Positions 49,615-58,596 of a stretch of 64,000 bases of DNA are shown here, piece after piece. Each line of letters starts with the position of its first letter. Position 1 is the first letter of the stretch. This DNA is from a bacterium (GTDB taxonomy: Bacteria; Electryoneota; Electryoneia; Electryoneales; Electryoneaceae), in NCBI GenBank assembly GCA_963675295.2, contig CAXXKJ010000002.1, positions 2,528,001 through 2,592,000 on the forward strand. Direction: 5' to 3'. Position numbers and translations under genes: made by a program. The notes below the pieces were generated by a model. The model was not told the origin of the DNA and did no database searches. It saw only the letters and a list, made by a program, of their open reading frames with translations.

Positions 49615-50742
49615 TCAGAAGCGCTCTTTCTTCGCGTACATCCCGTGCAACCCTTCAGTGCAATTGGCGCACATTGGCGGGCGTTCGCCGGTGAGGATGC
49701 GTTGCCGGAATGCACGGAAGGCGTCTGATCGCCAAACCGCCGGGAAACCGGCATCGTGGGCGTTCCCGATGACAAACTCACCGTCCTTGTCGAAACAGCA
49801 GGGCACCACGGTCCCATCCCACTGCACCACCGCGCTGCCGTAAATGCGGGCACAGAAGGGCCGTTCCGCACGTTTCAGCACCCAGCGATCCTCTTTCAGC
49901 ACATAGCGCCGCAGTTTCGGATCGTCCGGCAGCCAGCGCTCGCCTTCTTCCTTTTCGAACGCTTCCAGTTGCGCTGTCTTGAACACCAGCTCGTTGGCGC
50001 CCCATTCACGCGCGAGGCGCAACGCGTCGTCGCGTTCGTGCAGGTTGTGCTTGAAAAGCAGGAACTGCCACTGCAGCACGGGGAATTTGCGGTTCAGCTT
50101 GCGTTTGATCTCGGCGACATTACGCACACCGCGTTCGACTCGATCCCATTTGCCGCCGACACGATACTGCACGTGACTTTCCGCGGATGCGCCGTCCAGC
50201 GACAGGATCAGCGTGTGCAGCCCGGAGCGGACAATCGCTTCGGCTGTGCGTGGGTTGGCGAGTGCTTCGACGTTGGTTGAGAGGATGACCCGGCTGCCAG
50301 ACGCGGTCGCGTGGCGGATGATGCCCGGAGTATCCGGATGGACCAGCGGTTCGCCCTGATTCCACAGCTGCAGCCGAATTGGGGCGGGGTGGATGCTGTC
50401 CCAGAGTGTGCGAAACTTCTCCAGTGTCATGCGTCCGCCGGGCCGGCCCAGTTCACCACGGCCGGTCGGGCAGTGCGGACACTTGAGTTGGCAGGCGGTG
50501 GTCGGTTCCAGCATCAGCATCGTCGGCGATCCCCACACCTTCGCGCGCCGGGTGACGGCTGTCGCGGCAACGGCTGCGGTGATCCTGCCGAGGTTGATGA
50601 GTTGCGGGAAAGTGATCAGCTTGATCGGATTGAGGGGGACGAGTTCATGCCAGCGTATCCGGGTACGTGACGCGGTCCGGACAGAGGTGGCGGTGCCATT
50701 GGATGTTTCGCGGGAAACGGTTGACAGTTCAGTTGACTTCAA
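49615..50742 (-). CDS. Radical SAM protein with SPASM/twitch domain
   Basis: CQLKCPHC, NQGEP, SLDG, C...WDGTVVPCCFD...C.NC. Confidence 0.88.
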   Translation of the reverse strand: MKSTELSTVSRETSNGTATSVRTASRTRIRWHELVPLNPIKLITFPQLINLGRITAAVAATAVTRRAKVWGSPTMLMLEPTTACQLKCPHCPTGRGELGRPGGRMTLEKFRTLWDSIHPAPIRLQLWNQGEPLVHPDTPGIIRHATASGSRVILSTNVEALANPRTAEAIVRSGLHTLILSLDGASAESHVQYRVGGKWDRVERGVRNVAEIKRKLNRKFPVLQWQFLLFKHNLHERDDALRLAREWGANELVFKTAQLEAFEKEEGERWLPDDPKLRRYVLKEDRWVLKRAERPFCARIYGSAVVQWDGTVVPCCFDKDGEFVIGNAHDAGFPAVWRSDAFRAFRQRILTGERPPMCANCTEGLHGMYAKKERF

Positions 50743-51535
50743 TGAACTCCACCTCGTACAAACGTGGCCACAGCTTGCCAGTCAGATAAATCTGGCCGGT
50801 CTTATGGTTGATCGCGATTCCGTTCAACACATCCGGCTTACGGATCGTGTTCACGTCCAGCAGGCCTTCGAGATACATCCACGCGACCACTTCGCCGGTT
50901 TCCGGGTCGATCTTCGCGATCAGGTCGGACGGGATCACGTTGGCGTAGATGAACCCGTCGATGTATTCCAGCTCATTCAACCCGCGTACGCCACCGACAG
51001 CATCCCATACTGGCAGGGTGTGGGTGATGCGGAATGTTACCGGGTCACGGAAGTCGATCTCGGATGTCCCATTGCTCATGATCAGCTCCGTGCCATCATC
51101 CGTCAACCCCCAGCCTTCGCCCTGGTAACGGAATTCGCCGACCCGTTCTAAGGTATCCGCGTCATACAGATGCGCGATCCCCGCTCGCCAGGTCAGTTGG
51201 ATAATCCTCCCGTTGAACAGGGTGATGCCTTCACCGAACTGATCCTTCGGAACGTCCACCTGTTTCAGCACTTCACCCGTTTCGAGATCCACGATACGTA
51301 AGGTGGATTCATTAAACTGGCCGGTGCTCTCGTACATAACACCGTCGTGAATCAGCAGGCCCTGAGTGTAGGCGGTTGTGTCGTGTGGGTAGCTGTTGAG
51401 CACGTCATAGGTGTACACCGGCGCGCCGCGGAACGTGCCCGGAATACCGTTCTGCGCATGGGACGTACCCGGATTGATGATCATGCCCAGGCAGAAGAAG
51501 AGTATCAGCGAAACAAATCGTGTCCAGAGGTTCAT
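50729..51535 (-). CDS. Glutaminyl-peptide cyclotransferase (plant/bacterial beta-propeller type)
   Basis: YPHD..AYTQGL, YESTG, FGEGIT, LTW, EGWGLT, LNELEYI, VLNGIA, TGKLWP; signal peptide. Confidence 0.92.
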   Translation of the reverse strand: MNLWTRFVSLILFFCLGMIINPGTSHAQNGIPGTFRGAPVYTYDVLNSYPHDTTAYTQGLLIHDGVMYESTGQFNESTLRIVDLETGEVLKQVDVPKDQFGEGITLFNGRIIQLTWRAGIAHLYDADTLERVGEFRYQGEGWGLTDDGTELIMSNGTSEIDFRDPVTFRITHTLPVWDAVGGVRGLNELEYIDGFIYANVIPSDLIAKIDPETGEVVAWMYLEGLLDVNTIRKPDVLNGIAINHKTGQIYLTGKLWPRLYEVEFIEVN

Positions 51536-51547
51536 GACCGTTCCGGC

Positions 51548-52696
51548 TTAACGCGTTGCCATGCGTTGTTGAAGTTTCCAACGATTGGCCAATTCGGTCA
51601 ACCGTTCGTCCGCATGCTCGAAAAACATCTTCATCGACGTACAGAAGTGGTTGCTACCATGGTCGGCGGGGTCATGCCGACGGTCCTTGGTGCAGCCGCC
51701 ATAACAGTATTTCAGCCATTTGCAGTTCGTGCACTCCGGTGGAAGATCCGCCTTCATTCTGCCGAATTCACGTTGCCGTGGTGAATTCAGCATCTCGATC
51801 AAGCGGTCCTGCATGATGTTGCCTAGCTTCCACTCCGGCTCGACGAAAAAGTCGCAGGAGAAGACGTCCCCATTGTATTCGACAACGGTGTAGCTGCCGC
51901 ATTCCGGCTGCAAATTGCAATCCGGCGGTTCCGCACCAACGTACGAATGGAACACGGAATCGAAGAAGCGGACTGTGGTGTTTTTCTTGCTGTGCTGAAA
52001 ATCGTGATACCACAGGTCGAAGACAGTCTTAAGAAATTCGCCGTATTCGTCCGCACCCACAGACCACGGGGCGGTTTTGGACGGATCATTCGGATCGAGC
52101 TCGACGCACGGAATGAACTGCATGTAGGTCAGTCCGAGGTCGCGCAGGTAGGTATAAATCTCTTCGGCGTGCTGCACCGAATAGTCGGTTACGACCGTCA
52201 GCGCGTTCGTCGCGACACCGCGATCAAGCAGCAGCTTGGCGGCGTCGGTGACGTTCTGCCACGAGCCCTTCGTCGGACTTTGGTGTCGGTAGTGGTCGTG
52301 AACGTGCTTCGGGCCGTCCAGCGACAGGCCGACGAGGAATTTGTACTTGTCGAGAAACGCAGCCCACTTGCGTCCGATCAGCATTCCGTTGGTCTGCAGG
52401 CCGTTGCCGACGATCTGGCCGCGTCCATACTGCTGCTGAAAGTCGACCGCTTTTTGGAAGAAGGGGATACCCATCAACGTCGGTTCGCCGCCCTGCCAGC
52501 CGAATGTGACCTGGCGGGTGCCGTCGCGCATCACCTGCCTGACCAGTTCCTCGAGCACTTCCTCACGCATCCGGTGCCGCTGATGGTCCTTGAACAGCTC
52601 CGCTTTCTTCAAGTAAAAGCAGTAGCTGCAGGCCATGTTACAGTCAGGGCCGGCGGGTTTGACGAGGACGGCTTGCAGGGGACGGCGAAGGGACAT
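51548..52696 (-). CDS. Anaerobic sulfatase maturase (anSME, radical SAM/SPASM)
   Basis: VKPAGPDCNMACSYCFY, WQGGEPTLMG, QTNG, GLSLDGP, SCDFFV, C.NC...CYGGC.KDR. Confidence 0.92.
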   Translation of the reverse strand: MSLRRPLQAVLVKPAGPDCNMACSYCFYLKKAELFKDHQRHRMREEVLEELVRQVMRDGTRQVTFGWQGGEPTLMGIPFFQKAVDFQQQYGRGQIVGNGLQTNGMLIGRKWAAFLDKYKFLVGLSLDGPKHVHDHYRHQSPTKGSWQNVTDAAKLLLDRGVATNALTVVTDYSVQHAEEIYTYLRDLGLTYMQFIPCVELDPNDPSKTAPWSVGADEYGEFLKTVFDLWYHDFQHSKKNTTVRFFDSVFHSYVGAEPPDCNLQPECGSYTVVEYNGDVFSCDFFVEPEWKLGNIMQDRLIEMLNSPRQREFGRMKADLPPECTNCKWLKYCYGGCTKDRRHDPADHGSNHFCTSMKMFFEHADERLTELANRWKLQQRMATR

Positions 52697-52823
52697 GGAG
52701 ATGACGCTTCGTTGTTAACAGTTCCGTGCTGGAAGATACACCATCGGAACGGGGGAGAGTTCCGCTGTGAGCGTGAATCAGGCAAATCTCCGGGGGAAAA
52801 TCAGGAAACAGCAGGGTGGTGGC

Positions 52824-54632
52824 TCACTCTTCGAGCTCAACCACCACCGTGCTGGGAAGAATGCAGCGGAAACCGATTGTTGAGGCGTACCAACTGGCCG
52901 GATATGCCGTCTCCGGCGGGACTTCCTCAATCAGATCAACTGGCGTGGAGAACGCACCCCCGACGGCAAGGCGTCCATCCGGCGGAACCTTGTCCTGCAC
53001 CCATTCGGAGGCGTTCCCGATCAAATGCACCATGGTCGTTGGGTTGATGACCAGGCCAAGGCCGGGTGCCATCCAGCTGAAGCCGTCCTGCGGGCCTAGC
53101 AGGTTGGCGTATTCACGCGAGTTGATAATCCCACCCGACAGCAGGTCGATCGCCTGCGTGAAGATCTCCTTGCTCGGAAGCCGGAAACCGCCGTTGGGAT
53201 TGACCACAGCGCCAGTATCATCGTACGCCGGCTCAAGCCCGAGTGATTCGGAACGCCAGTTGCAGAAGTCGATCGCGTCCTGCCAGGTTACCATGACCGC
53301 TGGCATGTTGTTACGCTGACTCCAGAACCCACCGGACGCATGATCCGGTTCTTCCGGCAGTTGCCGTTCGGTTTCTTCACAGAAACGTGAATACTCGGCT
53401 GCGGAAACCTCGTCGGCGTCCACGAACCACGATTCACCATTCGGCAAGTCCATCTGCATCATGCCATACGCGACCGTGCGCACAGCCTGCGAAACGGCTT
53501 CAGAAATGGCTTCATCACCGAGGCTGTTCGCACTGATGATGCGGTACGATACATTCAACCCACGGCGGGGCAGATAGTCGGTATAGGTGTTGACATCGGC
53601 GGGTAGCTCGGCAATCGTCTCAAAGTCGCCGCCGTTGATCGAACGTTGCACGAAATACGTGGTCGTAATCGGTGCCGGTTCGTCCCATGTCAGCCCGACG
53701 ACGAGGTCTTCGACCTTATCAACCTGCAGGTTTTCGACGGTGTTCATCTGCAGTCGCGCGGACACAACTTCGCTGTAGTCGCCGATGTTTTCGCCCGCCA
53801 TGCCGCGCACCCGGTAGAAGGTGGTGCGGTCGAAGTCGACGTTTTCATCGACCCAGAAGGTGTCGCCGTACGCCACATCGAAGTACATCGTGTCGAGGCC
53901 TTCCAACTTTTGCACCTCGTACTTGTGTGGCCAGTCGGTCGGCGGTGTCCAGTTCAACTGGATACTGTGGTCGCTTAGCGCGCGCACATACGGACGTGTC
54001 GGCGGCGGGAAGGACAGGTACACCGTGTCCGCCACGGACGGTTCGCTGCGGTTGAAATCAGAAACGTAGAACAAGCGGAACAGCTGTGGTTTGAACGTTT
54101 CCAGGTTCTCCACGCGCACGGTGGTGTCACCCGAGGTGATGCTGCCAACGACGTTATAAACGCCCTTGACTCGCATCTCAACGTCGATGTGGCCTTCCCA
54201 CTGCAAGCTGTCCTGCGGTGCGGTAACGACAACCTGGTCGATACCATCACGTGTCACCAGCGGCGGGGCGGGCGGAGGAAGGTCGAATCGTGCTTCGTGT
54301 TCACCGCCGTACTCGTCCAGGTACCAGACCGGTTTCGGACGCAGGCGGTAGATGTAGTTGGTGTTGACGGTCAGACTGTCATCGAGGTACTCGTTCTCAT
54401 CCTCGAACTCAGCGATTGGCTTGAAATACTTAGCGTCGCCAATTTTGCGTTCGAGAACGACGGTATAGCGCGGACGATCCCACTCGAGCAGCAGCTGATG
54501 ATCAGACAGCCACTCGGATGTGATTGCCAGCGACTGATTGCCGCCCTCGTCGGCTGCTACTGCGGAGCCCGAGGGGAACAAACAGAGGAGACAAAGACTC
54601 AGCAGCAATATCGCGCTGAACTGTCTCATCAT
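52824..54632 (-). CDS. Secreted FN3-repeat protein with C-terminal FGE/SUMF1-fold domain
   Basis: Signal peptide; FN3-like W..P / Y.YR repeats; EVSAAEY..F, VTWQDA..FCNW, FRLP, GNASEW, GFRC. Confidence 0.8.
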   Translation of the reverse strand: MMRQFSAILLLSLCLLCLFPSGSAVAADEGGNQSLAITSEWLSDHQLLLEWDRPRYTVVLERKIGDAKYFKPIAEFEDENEYLDDSLTVNTNYIYRLRPKPVWYLDEYGGEHEARFDLPPPAPPLVTRDGIDQVVVTAPQDSLQWEGHIDVEMRVKGVYNVVGSITSGDTTVRVENLETFKPQLFRLFYVSDFNRSEPSVADTVYLSFPPPTRPYVRALSDHSIQLNWTPPTDWPHKYEVQKLEGLDTMYFDVAYGDTFWVDENVDFDRTTFYRVRGMAGENIGDYSEVVSARLQMNTVENLQVDKVEDLVVGLTWDEPAPITTTYFVQRSINGGDFETIAELPADVNTYTDYLPRRGLNVSYRIISANSLGDEAISEAVSQAVRTVAYGMMQMDLPNGESWFVDADEVSAAEYSRFCEETERQLPEEPDHASGGFWSQRNNMPAVMVTWQDAIDFCNWRSESLGLEPAYDDTGAVVNPNGGFRLPSKEIFTQAIDLLSGGIINSREYANLLGPQDGFSWMAPGLGLVINPTTMVHLIGNASEWVQDKVPPDGRLAVGGAFSTPVDLIEEVPPETAYPASWYASTIGFRCILPSTVVVELEE

Positions 54633-55915
54633 CGGGTGCCCTCACGCCTGACACAACGGAAACCGACGTACTGGTAACGTTCATGCGGGAAGCGCGTTGC
54701 CCGCCGGTTTAACTGCACATTTGCCGGCGGATCGAGGTAGCTGCCACCCTTGATGACAAAGCGGACGGTGGTGTCGACTTCTTCTTCAGCCGCTTGCGGA
54801 CCGACGTTGATCACGTTCAAGCTGTCCGCACCCGTCGAATCCGGAAGTAAAGATTGTTCGCCGACCAGGTTCGGGTTTTCATACTCGGCAGTTTCTTCGT
54901 CCATGGTTGGTTGCGCACGGACTTTGAAGTTCGTCAGTGTCCATTCGGACACGTTCCCGGCCATATCGTACAACCCGGTCGGAGTGATCGAGCTGGGATA
55001 ACTCCGCACATTTTCAGGCGCGCCAATCCGAGTTACATCCAACAGGTTGGCCTGGATCGAATCTGGCTTCGTCTGACCCCACGGATAGAACATGGTCAGG
55101 TCGTTGTCGTCGTAGCTGCCGAGGCAGGCGAGAATCCACTCTTCTTCGGTCGGCAGACTCTTACCAACCGACTGGGAATAGGCGAATGCACCGAACCAGC
55201 TGACAAAGCTCACGGGCAGGTCTTCGCGGCCTTCATCCGCCACGAAGACACCGTCCTCGACCTCGGTGATATACATCCGTTCGTCGAAGAAGACCCGGTT
55301 TTCGTAACCACTGGAAAGGAAGTCCGCGAACTCAGCGTTCGTAACTTCGTTTTCGTCAATGTAGAAACCGTTCGTCCACGCGACTTCCTGCTCCGTGTCG
55401 CGGAACTTGCGGAGTGGATCCGGCAGCGGTCCCGCTGAAATCCACTTCATGTTCGCTGGCGCCATCATTGCCGGTGGGGGCGTCATCACCTGGCCGTAAA
55501 TCGGCATGCCGAGACTGTCGACCATGACCGAATCGGGCATGGTTCCGAATCCACCCAACGAGTCCTGCATCAATGAATCCGGCATCATCATGTCCATCAT
55601 CATTGTATCAGACATCGTGGTGTCCGCCATCATCGAATCAGCGTCCATCGGTTCGGTGTCTTCGTCAAACATCTCGAACACGTCGGGGGCGAGGCTGTCG
55701 CCCGGCTGCTCTTCGAACATCATCATGGTATCGGCAGCCGTCCCAGTGGTGTCCGGTTCCTGCGCGAGGATGCCAGGAGCTGTTCCGAACAGCAGGATCA
55801 CGGCCGCCAGCAGCGACACGCCGGCGGTCAAACGTACCGGCCCGGTGTTTCGGCTCATGCGCATGGTTCGACTCTCTACCATCATGGTCGTCTTCGTGCG
55901 TTTCAAATGGCTCAC
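54629..55915 (-). CDS. Secreted FGE/SUMF1-fold protein with Met/Asp-rich N-terminal region
   Basis: EVTNAEF, VSWFGA..Y, LPTEEEW, YPWG, LYDMAGNVSEW, KGGSY, GFRC. Confidence 0.82.
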   Translation of the reverse strand: MSHLKRTKTTMMVESRTMRMSRNTGPVRLTAGVSLLAAVILLFGTAPGILAQEPDTTGTAADTMMMFEEQPGDSLAPDVFEMFDEDTEPMDADSMMADTTMSDTMMMDMMMPDSLMQDSLGGFGTMPDSVMVDSLGMPIYGQVMTPPPAMMAPANMKWISAGPLPDPLRKFRDTEQEVAWTNGFYIDENEVTNAEFADFLSSGYENRVFFDERMYITEVEDGVFVADEGREDLPVSFVSWFGAFAYSQSVGKSLPTEEEWILACLGSYDDNDLTMFYPWGQTKPDSIQANLLDVTRIGAPENVRSYPSSITPTGLYDMAGNVSEWTLTNFKVRAQPTMDEETAEYENPNLVGEQSLLPDSTGADSLNVINVGPQAAEEEVDTTVRFVIKGGSYLDPPANVQLNRRATRFPHERYQYVGFRCVRREGTR

Positions 55916-56844
55916 TGGGCGGGATCTCCTCCGCCAGGCTCAGGTTCCGTGTTCGTCGTATCCACACCGGCGGCAGCGCCTGCTGGATCCGGCGACTCAT
56001 CTTCGGCAGGCGTTGTTTCCGCCTCTGCGCCACCAGTCTGATCCTCGGGCTGTGCAATGGCTTCACCCGTTCCGGGCTCGGTCGTCGCCGCATCCGGCGT
56101 CATCATCGTGTCCGGTGCAATCGTGGTCGTTCCGGAGGTAGCATCATCAAGTGGAATGCCAACGCCCGGGAAGACCGGCGAATCCATGTCTTCCTGCGAA
56201 ACGAGCACGGGTACGTAAACCGTATCCGTAGTCAGCTCACGGATATACACCTTGAGCAAGTCATAGTTCAGCAGGGTATCGGCGATACCGGACGGGCTAC
56301 CCGCGGAATACCGCATGTCCTCTTCGGAGTAGTTCCAGAGGGTCAGCGTCGCGACATCCCTGTCCTTGGTAATGCGGAACAGTCCCTGGATGTAATTCCC
56401 GGTGTAGTAGTACTGCACACCCTTGACAACGGTTGCGAGAATGCCAGCGAACGGCGATTCGAGCACACGCGCGTCTTCCTGAATCTGGGTGACATTCAGC
56501 GTCGGAGCGGAATACGTCTTGTTTTCCTCGAACTCGTACAAGTTGAGGATCGACCGTTCCGTCTCGTTGATCTCGAGCAACGGGAACACTCGTTCCTGCG
56601 GATAGACGATCATCAGATCGCCCTGTCCGAAGCCGTTCCGGGTCACATCGATGAACTCGACAGAGTCAATCGCAATGGTGGGGCTGATCAACTGTCCCCG
56701 CCGGAACGTCTCAATGACTTCCGAATCAGCCACCTTGACCGAGTGGACTTCCTTCGGCTTCACTTCTTCATCCTGCGCCAGCAGGAGGGAGGAGGAGGCC
56801 AGAAGGAGCATGATGGCTATCAATCCCCCAAGCCTGCGCGTCAT
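55912..56844 (-). CDS. Hypothetical secreted protein with acidic tail
   Basis: Signal peptide ...LLLA/QDEE; coupled on both sides by 4-nt overlaps. Confidence 0.75.
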   Translation of the reverse strand: MTRRLGGLIAIMLLLASSSLLLAQDEEVKPKEVHSVKVADSEVIETFRRGQLISPTIAIDSVEFIDVTRNGFGQGDLMIVYPQERVFPLLEINETERSILNLYEFEENKTYSAPTLNVTQIQEDARVLESPFAGILATVVKGVQYYYTGNYIQGLFRITKDRDVATLTLWNYSEEDMRYSAGSPSGIADTLLNYDLLKVYIRELTTDTVYVPVLVSQEDMDSPVFPGVGIPLDDATSGTTTIAPDTMMTPDAATTEPGTGEAIAQPEDQTGGAEAETTPAEDESPDPAGAAAGVDTTNTEPEPGGGDPAQ

Positions 56845-58547
56845 CCTGTCTCCTCGAGCAAGTGGAAGTAGTGCTCAGCTCGGTTGAGATCGTTGAGATT
56901 TCGATATGCGGTGACAAGCAACTCGTAGAGGATTCGCCGGTCCGTAGGCGCAAGTTGGCTTGGCAGCTCCTGTGCGAGGGCTGCTTCACCGTAGCGCACC
57001 GCCCGTGTTGGATCCTGCTGGCTCATATTCGCCAGCGCCATCAGTGCGAACGCCTGATCCTTGTGCGGAAGCAGGGCGGACTGATAGTAGTAGACAAACG
57101 CTTTTTCACGTGTCCGGTCGTTCTTTTCAAGCCGGTTGGCGTAAATGGTTGCGAACGAGCCATACAGCTCGAGGACGCGTTCCATTTTGCCTGGCAGCTG
57201 GGTCAGCTGCGAGGTCATCAAGCGGCCGAAACCATCTTCGCCATTGTGAACCAGCAGCGTATCGAGGCTGGAGTCGATTTCGGTGTAGCCGACGCCGACC
57301 AGCATGTTGCGCAGACGGTCGAGCGCGGCTTCCGGTTCGTCGAGGTAACCGAAATCCAGCACCGCGGCCAGCGTATCCATCTCGAGCTGGGCGTTCCCGG
57401 CGACGAGGTCGTCACGAATCCCGCGGATTGCCTTCCGCGCTTCTTCGTGCTGGCCTTCGTTGATCATCTCGATGATCGGGATGCGAGCGGAGGCTGTGTA
57501 GATGTTGCCTTCGTCCCAGCCGATCCACTCGAGCATGTCCTTGGCGGTTGCGGCGAATACGGTGTCCGAAGGTACGCCGGGCCGGGCCATCGCCTGCAGC
57601 CGATTGGCATTGCTGATGAGGTCATTCCCCATCATCAGGTCCTGTTCGAGGTACATCTGTTCTCGAACGAGTAACAGCCAGTCGAGATACTCCAGGGAAT
57701 CCAGCTGGGTACGGCGTCTCAGCGGTTCGCCCGACAACCCGAACTGCGAGATCGGCGCCCAGGTCAGCAGCAGATCCTCTGACCGGCGGTACATGCGCAG
57801 GGCAGAAAGTGAATCCCCTTGCAGCATGTAGCGGTCACCCAGGTGCAGGGCGGTCAGGTAGTCGGATTGGTTGGTGCCGAACAGAATTTCTGTCTGTTCA
57901 ATCGCCTTGTCGAGGTTGTCGAGTGACTGGTGCAATTTCGCCAGGTCTTCCAACACTTCGATAAGACGGACACGTGACCAGTTGTCCCACGGGTTGTAGG
58001 TCAACGCTTCCTGCAGGAAGTCGCGAGCGGTTTCCAGGTGTCCGGCAGCCCGTTCGCGGATGGCGGGGCGGATGCGATCCAACTCCGTCATCGACAGGAC
58101 ATACACCGGTTCCCCGAGAATATCCTCGACGGCGACAATCTGCTCATCGACTTCGAGCGTAATCTCGAAGGCGCGCATGGTGTCGGCCGGATCCGGCGGA
58201 ATGTCAGGGGGAGTTGCACCCTTTTCCCAGAGTTCGACCAGCGGATGGCCTTGCGCGCGCACCTTTTCGGCTCGTTCGAAGTACGAACCGCTGATCGAGT
58301 CGGCCTCAGCGCCGACCATGACATGGCGGGCCGCTCGTGTTGCTTCACGTGCGACAGCCGTGTCAACCCCGGTGAATGCGACCAGGCTCAAGTCCATGGT
58401 ATCCGCCACGGATATGTCGCCGGGTTCCAGTGGCTCGGGCGGCGGTTCACGCCGTACCTCGCCTCCGGACGTGCAGCCATACATCCATAATGCAGCCAGG
58501 ATGAGGATGGCTGGGATCAGAGTTCGGAAGAATGCTGGTTGTTTCAT
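56841..58547 (-). CDS. TPR-like alpha-helical lipoprotein
   Basis: Start MKQPA (58547), lipobox MYGC; TPR-like motifs (ALTYNPWD, LGDRY...GDSLSA...Y, AYRNLNDLNRAEHYF). Confidence 0.7.
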   Translation of the reverse strand: MKQPAFFRTLIPAILILAALWMYGCTSGGEVRREPPPEPLEPGDISVADTMDLSLVAFTGVDTAVAREATRAARHVMVGAEADSISGSYFERAEKVRAQGHPLVELWEKGATPPDIPPDPADTMRAFEITLEVDEQIVAVEDILGEPVYVLSMTELDRIRPAIRERAAGHLETARDFLQEALTYNPWDNWSRVRLIEVLEDLAKLHQSLDNLDKAIEQTEILFGTNQSDYLTALHLGDRYMLQGDSLSALRMYRRSEDLLLTWAPISQFGLSGEPLRRRTQLDSLEYLDWLLLVREQMYLEQDLMMGNDLISNANRLQAMARPGVPSDTVFAATAKDMLEWIGWDEGNIYTASARIPIIEMINEGQHEEARKAIRGIRDDLVAGNAQLEMDTLAAVLDFGYLDEPEAALDRLRNMLVGVGYTEIDSSLDTLLVHNGEDGFGRLMTSQLTQLPGKMERVLELYGSFATIYANRLEKNDRTREKAFVYYYQSALLPHKDQAFALMALANMSQQDPTRAVRYGEAALAQELPSQLAPTDRRILYELLVTAYRNLNDLNRAEHYFHLLEETG

Positions 58548-58596
58548 CTCGCTCTCGCTGTGCGGGAACGTTCTGCCTGTTGTAGCATGGCGTTTT

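Noticed and set aside
50703-50718. parS-like TGTTTCGCGGGAAACG
   Set aside because: Three mismatches to TGTTTCACGTGAAACA, inside a CDS, single copy
49615-52696. RiPP cluster (rSAM-SPASM + QC)
   Set aside because: No precursor peptide, RRE or exporter seen
51548-55915. Dual aerobic/anaerobic sulfatase-maturation locus (FGE + anSME)
   Set aside because: FGE-fold proteins lack the catalytic Cys pair, are secreted and belong to the upstream operon; no sulfatase present
52824-55915. DGR target genes (FGE/CLec fold)
   Set aside because: No reverse transcriptase or template/variable repeat pair visible in the window
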